Source of the DNA: Patescibacteria group bacterium | GTDB lineage: Bacteria; Patescibacteriota; Patescibacteriia; Patescibacteriales; UBA12465 | DNA length: 64,000 bases | NCBI GenBank assembly: GCA_041656935.1 | Contig: JBBACQ010000001.1 | Location: 29,459 to 93,458 of the forward strand | Reading direction: 5' to 3' | In this document: positions 36,248 through 43,353 of the stretch, in pieces | Position numbering within the stretch: the stretch's first letter is position 1 | How the letters are laid out: the number at the start of each line of letters is the position of its first letter | Translations under genes and position numbers: made by a program | Notes under the pieces: generated by a model | Told to the model about the DNA's origin: nothing | The model's input: only the letters and a program-made list of their open reading frames with translations | The model's database searches: none

Positions 36248-37228
36248 TTATTCGTGACTAATATTTAGTGTATTTTTAAATAATTTTTTCGGCGATTTCA
36301 AAAGGTTTATATCAAATTTCAATGACGATTCAACCCTTGAACTTGCATTATGAATACGAAAAGAAAGAGTCCAATCATTATTCATGGTTACTATCGCAGT
36401 TGTTTGGCTATCGGTTTTGAAACAAATATCAATAATTTCTGTTGGTAGTGGTACTTTGGGGGTTTTATATTTCGGAAGAATGTCGTCAAAAGGCAAATTT
36501 AATGTTCCATTCAAATTGTAGGCGTGTATTTCTACACTATTTTTGCCTTTAATAACTTTGTAAAAATCTTTATTTCCAACGAGGTATGCGACTAAATTGG
36601 ACGCTACTTTTTTAGAATCTTTTTTATATAGATTTTTCAGTTCTTTAATAAAGGCTTTTAAAATTGGAATGTAGATTGATGAATGATAATCACCAAGCTC
36701 ACTCCACTTTTTCTTTGCACCACTTTCTTTTCTAATTTTTTCCAAATTGTTAAAAATAGGTGTAACTGTTTCAAAATATTCTTTTGATGTTTTTATTCCA
36801 AGCCACTTTTCGCCAAAATCAATATTTGAAGATAGTCGGGAATGTTTTACTGCATGATGATTATTTTTTGCAGATACTCCAATTTCCCATTTTTGCAATA
36901 AACGAATTGCTAAAACGTCTCTGACATCGCCTGATTTTCCATGTTGATCTGATAAAATTTCAAGTTGCAGAATATCATCTTTGCCAATATCGTTTGTGAG
37001 GCGTGGCTCTATATCCATTAAAAAATTAACCGCAAAACTAGCGGTGAGCAAATAATCGCTCTTTTCTGTTTCGCTAACATTTTCAAAACAACCTTTTGCA
37101 ATTTCAAAAGAAGAATTTTTGATAACTTCAAGATTTGTTTTGTCTTTCAATTTTTCTTCAAATTGAACAAGCAAAGCATACTCAAAAGATTTTCCAGTTG
37201 TCATTTGTCTTGATGCAGTAGTAGTCAT
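36248..37228 (-). CDS. Putative type II restriction endonuclease cognate to the M.HaeIII-like methylase
   Basis: 326 aa, co-oriented, with a 2-nt gap to the methylase gene. The assignment rests on context and size, and no catalytic motif was identified with confidence. Confidence 0.6.
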   Translation of the reverse strand: MTTTASRQMTTGKSFEYALLVQFEEKLKDKTNLEVIKNSSFEIAKGCFENVSETEKSDYLLTASFAVNFLMDIEPRLTNDIGKDDILQLEILSDQHGKSGDVRDVLAIRLLQKWEIGVSAKNNHHAVKHSRLSSNIDFGEKWLGIKTSKEYFETVTPIFNNLEKIRKESGAKKKWSELGDYHSSIYIPILKAFIKELKNLYKKDSKKVASNLVAYLVGNKDFYKVIKGKNSVEIHAYNLNGTLNLPFDDILPKYKTPKVPLPTEIIDICFKTDSQTTAIVTMNNDWTLSFRIHNASSRVESSLKFDINLLKSPKKLFKNTLNISHE

Positions 37229-37264
37229 ATTTTTATTATTACATTTTTCCCCTTATAAATAAAT

Positions 37265-37390
37265 CGTTTTCGTAGCGGAGCGGAGAAAACACCTTATACC
37301 CCCTTTTAATAAATAAAAAACAAAATTCAAATTCTTTTTTAAAGCTGGGCGATAGCCCAAAAGTAAAACATGCATTTCACATAACTGGTT
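37265..37390. repeat. Terminal inverted repeat of cassette A, proximal arm
   Basis: Partner of 34262-34385. It starts at the attI crossover (ACATAAC, 37379-37385). Confidence 0.8.
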
Positions 37391-37500
37391 ATTATACGAA
37401 CAATACTTAAAAAATACATTAATTTAAGCATTGTTTATTTAAGATATGCTATAATAATCAAAGTTAAAACTATTAATATTTTAATATAATTCAAATAAAT
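37379..37500 (-). other. attI-like region with crossover site GTTATGT
   Basis: Minus-strand GTTATGT (37385-37379) forms the first G|TT junction. A TATAAT (37396-37391, minus) lies 5 nt upstream of it and points into the cassettes. The motif ATTTAAG occurs twice (37422-37428 and 37436-37442). Confidence 0.5.
37447..37455 (+). promoter_or_regulatory. Extended -10 element for the recombinase gene
   Basis: TGcTATAAT lies about 45 nt upstream of the ATG at 37501. No good -35 is present. Confidence 0.4.
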
Positions 37501-38310
37501 ATGCAAACTCAATTAAATCTCCTTGAAAGAGAGTTAAAAATTAGAAATTATAGCCCTAAAACCATTAAGGCCTATCTTTATGGTTTAAAAGAGTATCTAA
37601 TATTTAAAAAGGTAAATTTAGATAATTTTGATGAAAATATCATTAAGAATTTTCTTTTAACTTCTCGAATCAAAGCTTCTCCTCAAAGCCAAAATATATA
37701 TCTCGGAGGGATAAAATTTTATTATTACAATATCATTAAAATTAATAAAAAAATAGACATAAAATCAATCAAAAAGACCAAAAAGCTCCCCGTTGTTCTA
37801 TCTCGCCAAGAAATTAAAGAAATATTAAATTCAATTTCAAATGAAAAACATAAATTATTAATAGCAGTATCTTATGGAGCTGGATTAAGAGTAAGTGAAG
37901 CTATTTCTCTGAAAGTCAAAGATATTGATCTAGAGGAGCTGACTATACACATTAAAAACGCTAAGGGGCAAAAAGATCGCATCAGCGTATTACCAGAAAA
38001 ATTAATAAAAAATTTAGAAAAAATAATTAAATTTAAATCTTTAAATGAATATGTTTTTGAGAGTGAGAGAGGCGGGAAATTAACCTCTCGAACTGCTCAA
38101 AAAATTTTTGAAAATAACTTAAAAAAGGCCAAAATAAAAAAAGACGCCACCTTCCATAGCTTACGTCATAGCTTTGCCACTCATCTATTAGAAAACGGCG
38201 TTGATGTTCGTTATGTTCAAGAATTACTTGGTCACCAAAATATCAGAACAACACAAATTTATACTCAAGTCACTAATCCTAAATTAAAAAACATTAAAAG
38301 CCCCTTATAA
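37501..38310 (+). CDS. IntI-like tyrosine recombinase lacking the integron-integrase-specific insertion
   Basis: 269 aa. Catalytic residues are R (GLRVSE), K (KGQKDR), HxxR (HSLRHSF), H (LLGHQN) and Y (IYTQV). It has a SAM-like N-domain (IRNYSPKTIKAY). The blocks KLPVVLSRQEI...GLRVSEAISLKVKDID...KGQKDRISVLPEKL and the C-terminal ..IKSPL are collinear with IntI1 as recalled. Confidence 0.88.
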   Translation: MQTQLNLLERELKIRNYSPKTIKAYLYGLKEYLIFKKVNLDNFDENIIKNFLLTSRIKASPQSQNIYLGGIKFYYYNIIKINKKIDIKSIKKTKKLPVVLSRQEIKEILNSISNEKHKLLIAVSYGAGLRVSEAISLKVKDIDLEELTIHIKNAKGQKDRISVLPEKLIKNLEKIIKFKSLNEYVFESERGGKLTSRTAQKIFENNLKKAKIKKDATFHSLRHSFATHLLENGVDVRYVQELLGHQNIRTTQIYTQVTNPKLKNIKSPL

Positions 38311-38313
38311 CGA

Positions 38314-39465
38314 CTATCTAATCACACTAAACTTCCTCAACCGCTCCACCGTCTTAACTAATTTATTAATCACATAATCAATTTCTTTCTTATTATTATA
38401 TCTCCCCCAAGAAAACCGAACATTACTGTTCATATATTTCGGATCAATCCCCATAGCAGTGATAACCGAAGAAACTTTTAAATTTTGAGCTGAACAAGCC
38501 GAACCCGTAGAAACACAAATACCATTTAATGATAAATCAATTAAAATCGCCTCTCCCTCTATTCCCTTAAACATAATATTCAAATTATTAGGTGCTCTAT
38601 TTTTAAAATCTCCATTAAGACGAATATTTTTTATTTTTTTCTGTACCTCCTGCCAAAAATAATCACGCAGTCCTTTAACTTTTTTTAAATAATCATTTCT
38701 CTCTAGATAAGATAATTTTAAAGCCTCAGTTAAACCAACAATCCCAGCCAAATTATGAGTCCCGGCCCGTAATCCCTTTTCCTGTCCCCCACCAACAATT
38801 AATGGTTTTACCTTTATCTCCTTGTTTATATAAGCCAAACCAACACCCTGTGGCCCATAGAACTTATGAGCTGATAATGACAAAAAATCAATCCCCCATT
38901 TTTTGATATCAATTTTTAAATACGGCACCGCTTGGACAGCATCAGTATGAAAAAATATCTTCTTGGCCCGAGCAATTTTCCCAATTTCCTCTATCGGCTG
39001 AATACTACCAATTTCGTTATTTATTGCCATAACTGAAATCAAAACTGTGTCTGGTCGAATCTTTTTCTTTAACTCCTCTAAAATTACTACACCATTTTTA
39101 TCTACTGGAATATAATCAAATTCAAAACCTTCATCTAATAACTCTCGAGCCGATGATAAAATACAAGGGTGCTCAATAGCCGAAACTAAAAAATGCTTGC
39201 CCTTATCAGAGTTAGCCCGCAGTACCCCTTTGATAATCAAATTATTAGCTTCCGTAGCCGAAGAGGTAAAAATAATATTATCAGCTTGACCACCTAAAAC
39301 TTTGGCAATATCTTTTCTACACTGGGCAACTTTAATATCATTTTCCTGCCCCATAAAATGAATAGAAGAGGCATTACCATATTTAACAGCAAAATATGGC
39401 ATCATTTTTTTTAATACCCTTTTATCAATTTTAGTAGTAGCTGAATTATCTAAATATACTTGCAT
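38314..39465 (-). CDS. nifS: Cysteine desulfurase NifS/IscS
   Basis: Class V aminotransferase with the PLP lysine context SLSAHKFYGPQG and the active-site loop STGSACS. Confidence 0.92.
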   Translation of the reverse strand: MQVYLDNSATTKIDKRVLKKMMPYFAVKYGNASSIHFMGQENDIKVAQCRKDIAKVLGGQADNIIFTSSATEANNLIIKGVLRANSDKGKHFLVSAIEHPCILSSARELLDEGFEFDYIPVDKNGVVILEELKKKIRPDTVLISVMAINNEIGSIQPIEEIGKIARAKKIFFHTDAVQAVPYLKIDIKKWGIDFLSLSAHKFYGPQGVGLAYINKEIKVKPLIVGGGQEKGLRAGTHNLAGIVGLTEALKLSYLERNDYLKKVKGLRDYFWQEVQKKIKNIRLNGDFKNRAPNNLNIMFKGIEGEAILIDLSLNGICVSTGSACSAQNLKVSSVITAMGIDPKYMNSNVRFSWGRYNNKKEIDYVINKLVKTVERLRKFSVIR

Positions 39466-39527
39466 AAATTATTAAATTAAAACTTCTTTTATTTTTTAAC
39501 AACCATCTTGAGACGAAACCTCTAGAC

Positions 39528-40232
39528 TTATTTTAAACTTATTTTATTAATTACCACTGGAGTCTCGGGCCGATCATTTAATTCCGTTTTAACTTTAGAA
39601 ATTTTATCAACCACATCCATTCCACTAACAACTCTACCAAAAACTGGGTGCTTGCTAGATAAAGGTTCTTTGTCAAAATCTAAATAAATATTATCAGCTA
39701 GATTAATAAAAAACTGAGAACCACCAGTATTAGGACCAGAATTAGCCATAGAGATTGTTCCGGAAACATTACTTAAGCCCTCAGTAAACTCATCTTGAAT
39801 CTTATAACCTGGGCCTCCCATTCCCCAAATGTCTTTCATGGAATTATCCTTACTTAATGGATCTCCCGCCTGAATCATAAAGCCTTTTATAACTCGATGA
39901 AATTTAATTCCATCATAAAAGCCACTATCAGCTAGATTTAAAAAATTAGCCACCGTAATTGGCATTTTTTCATTATAAAATTCAATAGTAAAGTTTCCTA
40001 AACTAGTTTGAAATTCAGCTTTGGAATATTTTTTTAAAATTTCTTGATTCATATTTTTTTCTAAATTATTTTCTAAATTATTAGTATCAACCACTAAATC
40101 ACTAGGGTCTTCGGTCGAAAAACCATAACCCAAGCCATTAGAATGATCAAAAGATATTTGTTTTTTAGTACAACCCGACAAAGTAATTATTAAAAAAGAA
40201 ATTGAAATTAAAAATAATATTTTTTTATTCAT
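39528..40232 (-). CDS. Peptidyl-prolyl cis-trans isomerase (cyclophilin type), lipoprotein
   Basis: Lipobox LSGC after a signal peptide. Cyclophilin motifs FHRVIKGFMIQAGDP and GSQFFI. The start is placed at MNKKILFL. Confidence 0.88.
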   Translation of the reverse strand: MNKKILFLISISFLIITLSGCTKKQISFDHSNGLGYGFSTEDPSDLVVDTNNLENNLEKNMNQEILKKYSKAEFQTSLGNFTIEFYNEKMPITVANFLNLADSGFYDGIKFHRVIKGFMIQAGDPLSKDNSMKDIWGMGGPGYKIQDEFTEGLSNVSGTISMANSGPNTGGSQFFINLADNIYLDFDKEPLSSKHPVFGRVVSGMDVVDKISKVKTELNDRPETPVVINKISLK

Positions 40233-40286
40233 AAGCTTTATATTCTGTAACACCATTAAAAATTGGCTTCCAGATAATTAATTATT

Positions 40287-40577
40287 TTATTCTTTAATAT
40301 AAATAAGAATTCTGCTCCAAGAATGCCCCTTTATTTTTTCTCCATTTTCATCTTGATCGGTATGATAAATATCACATTTTTTACCATCCAAAGTAATATC
40401 ATTTAGAACTAAATGATAACCTGACCCAGGATGAGGTGGTATTTTTTCGGTCACAACATCATTGAAAAATACTAACCTTTCAAAAACTCCAGCTTTTTTA
40501 ATTTCTGCTTGCCAAAAAGAAAGGCCTTTCCAAATCGCTTCTTTATTGTCTTCTAATTTAAAATTATCACTTTTCAT
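40287..40577 (-). CDS. Hypothetical protein
   Basis: 96-aa ORF in the operon direction. No recognisable motif. Confidence 0.45.
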   Translation of the reverse strand: MKSDNFKLEDNKEAIWKGLSFWQAEIKKAGVFERLVFFNDVVTEKIPPHPGSGYHLVLNDITLDGKKCDIYHTDQDENGEKIKGHSWSRILIYIKE

Positions 40578-40601
40578 ATTTTTTGATTTAAATACTAGTA
40601 A

Positions 40602-40629
40602 TTTTTAGGCCACTTTTTCTAAAAAAGTG
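40602..40629. repeat. 28-nt repeated hairpin element, copy 2 (TTTTTAGGCCACTTTTTCTAAAAAAGTG)
   Basis: Matches 3636-3664 apart from one G/A change. Both copies lie in intergenic spacers of minus-strand operons. Confidence 0.7.
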
Positions 40630-40639
40630 TTTTAATAGT

Positions 40640-42124
40640 CTATACTTTAAACTTCCTCTTAATATCCTTATCCTCCTCTTCCCGCTTTTCTTCAATAACC
40701 TCCTTGGCCTTAAATCGAAGTTCTTCTATATTTAGTTTATCTAATTCCTTCACTCTTTTCAAGAGTGTTTTTTTGTCATTTAATTGAGGCTCCTCTAACA
40801 CCTCCGCCAACAAAACATCTAAAATAGCCCCCATTTTAGGACCAGCCGTCATTTTTAATTCCGAAATTAAAATATCACCATTAACTTTTAACATTTTAAC
40901 TGAAACCGGATCATTTTGCACCTTCTCCATCATATATTGCAAATGACGTAATTTATATGGCATGGCCTTGGGCGTACCCGAACCCAAACGATCAGCCACC
41001 CGCAAATCAATCAAATCTTTTAAATTTTCTCGACCAGTTTTGGCAATCAAACGTCGAACCGAGGAAGCCGTCACCTCGCCGACATTATAATAAAACATGT
41101 GATTTCGAACCAAATTAACCACCATATCAATATCTTGATTTGAAAATTTCAACCGCGTCATTATTTTTCTGGTAATTTTAGCCCCAATATATTCATGATT
41201 ATAAAAAGTAGTTTGGCTGTCAATAATTTTCATTGATTGCGGTTTTCCAATATCATGCAAGAGCGAAGCTAAGCGTACCTGCCATTTAGGACTGGGGCAA
41301 TATTTTAAAGATAATAAATTATGCTTTAAAACCGTATAAATATGATGATGATTCTGCTTCATGTCAGAGCCAATTAATAATTCTGGTAAAATATATTGCA
41401 ATAATTTAGTTTTCTGTAAAAGAACAAACCCCTCATAGGCCTTATCTGATTTTAAAATTTTTACCAATTCATCTTTAATTCTTTCTTTGGCGATAAATTT
41501 CAGACTGCCGGCCATTTTAGAAATTGCTCGTTCAGTTTTAGGTTCTAAACTAAAACCTAACTGAGATAAAAACCGAATAGCTCGCATCATTCGTAAGGCA
41601 TCCTCCTTGAAACGATCAATCGGCTCCCCAACCGCCCTAATTACTTTTAAATTCAAATCTTTCAATCCACCAAATAAATCAACTAAATAGAAATCCATCT
41701 TAGCTACCTCAATCTTTTCAGAATTGTATTTTTCTCTATTTTTACTACTAGCCAAACATAAGGCCATGGCATTAACCGTAAAATCACGTCGCCTTAAATC
41801 TTTTTCTAATTCCTTCTCAAAAACAACTTCATCGGGACGACGATGGTCATGATAACCACTTTCACTACGATAAGTAGTAATCTCTAAAACTAACAAAACA
41901 TTATCAAACTCATCTTTCACTGGAAAAATAACCGTACCAAAATCATTTTCATATTTGGCATCAGGAAAAATTTTTAAAATTTGCTCTGGCAAAGCTGTCG
42001 TAGTAATATCAAAATCAATTGGTGTCTTCCCCATTAATAAATCTCTAACGCACCCGCCAACCAAATAAGCTTCAAAGCCATTTTTCTCTATTTCTTTAAT
42101 CTTGTCTAACGCTATTTTTAACAT
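40640..42124 (-). CDS. cca: CCA-adding tRNA nucleotidyltransferase with HD domain
   Basis: Pol-beta NTase motif GGCVRDLL...DFDITT, RRDFTVNA, and the HD motif LLHDIGK. Confidence 0.88.
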   Translation of the reverse strand: MLKIALDKIKEIEKNGFEAYLVGGCVRDLLMGKTPIDFDITTTALPEQILKIFPDAKYENDFGTVIFPVKDEFDNVLLVLEITTYRSESGYHDHRRPDEVVFEKELEKDLRRRDFTVNAMALCLASSKNREKYNSEKIEVAKMDFYLVDLFGGLKDLNLKVIRAVGEPIDRFKEDALRMMRAIRFLSQLGFSLEPKTERAISKMAGSLKFIAKERIKDELVKILKSDKAYEGFVLLQKTKLLQYILPELLIGSDMKQNHHHIYTVLKHNLLSLKYCPSPKWQVRLASLLHDIGKPQSMKIIDSQTTFYNHEYIGAKITRKIMTRLKFSNQDIDMVVNLVRNHMFYYNVGEVTASSVRRLIAKTGRENLKDLIDLRVADRLGSGTPKAMPYKLRHLQYMMEKVQNDPVSVKMLKVNGDILISELKMTAGPKMGAILDVLLAEVLEEPQLNDKKTLLKRVKELDKLNIEELRFKAKEVIEEKREEEDKDIKRKFKV

Positions 42125-42199
42125 ATTTAATTCGATAAAAATTTTAAAAATTAAGAAGCTCTGGGGCTCCTTGATTAATACTAAATTTTTTCTAAAAAA

Positions 42200-43078
42200 C
42201 TAGTTCTCATTATTCATTAAATTAATTTTATCTTCAATAATCTTAAATGATTCTTTAAATTTATCTAAATTATCAAGCAACTTCCGATACTTAATATTCT
42301 GATCTGATTTTTCTAATAAATCTTCAGCTGTTCTCTGCTGTTTTTTTATAGAAATTAAAATCTGATTTAAAATTTTCTTAGTCACTCCGCTAGAATCAGA
42401 ATTATTCTTTAAATCTAACAATAAATCCGATAAATCTTTTTTAGTTATTGCCAGAAAAAAAGCCGGGATATTACCTATTCTACCTCTCTTAATTTTTTTA
42501 TCTTCATCTAAAATAACACCATATTCTAATATAGCTCCACCCCGCAAAAGCATCTTCTCCATTTTCTCTTTCTTCTTATTATCCTCCTCGTCTTGCCCCA
42601 TCACTAAAACTTGGTCAAAACCACAAATAACCGAACCAGTCTCCTTATCTAATAAGACATTATCCATCCCATATTCATAATCATCATAGGCCGAAGCTCG
42701 AGCGACTAAAAATCGATCCTTTAAAAATCTATGTAATAAAGTTACTACTGCCATTTCAGCAATTATAGAAGGATTTTTCTCTCTTTTTCTTTTCCATTCC
42801 TCCACTCCTAAGCCAATATTGCTCGCCCAGTTTTTTTCTTTATCTCTGATTATATTCTGATGACTTTCAGCTTCTGGTCCCTCCATAGTTAATAACCCTT
42901 CAGAATCCAAAATATTTCCATAGAGAAGATTAGTTTCTTTGCTCATAGAAGAAAGTTCCTCCCCTAAAAAACCAAGATATTTTTCCGGAAGAATAGCTTC
43001 TTTTTTAAGATCAAATTTAGATAAATCAATTTTACCTACTATTTTAAATTCAGCCATAAAAATATTAAAAAGTTTCAT
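42200..43078 (-). CDS. Hypothetical protein
   Basis: 292 aa with no recognisable domain. Overlaps the upstream gene by 14 nt. Confidence 0.5.
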   Translation of the reverse strand: MKLFNIFMAEFKIVGKIDLSKFDLKKEAILPEKYLGFLGEELSSMSKETNLLYGNILDSEGLLTMEGPEAESHQNIIRDKEKNWASNIGLGVEEWKRKREKNPSIIAEMAVVTLLHRFLKDRFLVARASAYDDYEYGMDNVLLDKETGSVICGFDQVLVMGQDEEDNKKKEKMEKMLLRGGAILEYGVILDEDKKIKRGRIGNIPAFFLAITKKDLSDLLLDLKNNSDSSGVTKKILNQILISIKKQQRTAEDLLEKSDQNIKYRKLLDNLDKFKESFKIIEDKINLMNNEN

Positions 43079-43328
43079 TAAAGAAACAAATTTTAACGCT
43101 TGTTTCTGAAATCTTTTCTAATTCAGTAAATAACCCCTTTATTTTTTCTTCTTCCCCTTTTAAAGATAACAAAATCATTCCGGGACAATTTTCTGAACAA
43201 TTTTTTTGTACATTAACTCCCATTCGAGCCATAATTAAACTTCCATTTTGAGTTAACAGATTATTTATTTCACTAGAAACCTTTTGTCTATTGGTGGTTA
43301 AAATTGTAATACTAGCTAATTTTTCCAT
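43065..43328 (-). CDS. Putative iron-only hydrogenase system regulator (TM1266-like)
   Basis: 87 aa ACT/NikR-C-like sequence (ITILTTNRQKVSSEINNLLTQNGSLIMARMGV) immediately downstream of hydA. Confidence 0.62.
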   Translation of the reverse strand: MEKLASITILTTNRQKVSSEINNLLTQNGSLIMARMGVNVQKNCSENCPGMILLSLKGEEEKIKGLFTELEKISETSVKICFFNETF

Positions 43329-43353
43329 ATTTTTAAAATTAATAATTTTATTT

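Larger units (their letters stand above)
32296..38310 (-). mobile_element. Integron-like element: recombinase, attI and three gene cassettes
   Basis: Cassette A spans 37384-34175 (R-M, TM and TIR-like). Cassette B spans 34174-33222 (membrane protein). Cassette C spans 33221-32302 (hypothetical). Each ends in an attC-like site, and each begins with the complement of its own inverse core. Confidence 0.65.

Noticed and set aside
34262-37390. The about 120-nt inverted repeats flanking the R-M/TIR block considered as an invertible segment (inverton) controlled by the adjacent recombinase
   Set aside because: This reading is less favoured. Three consecutive units each have their own inverted ends, all begin and end at GTT/AAC junctions, and each is followed by a separate stem-loop site. 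That fits cassette insertion better than a single invertible switch. Read-level evidence for inversion could revive this reading.
32296-37390. IR-flanked units considered as IS elements or MITEs
   Set aside because: No transposase is encoded within any unit and no target-site duplications are visible. The units are arranged head-to-tail, sharing GTT junctions next to a tyrosine recombinase.
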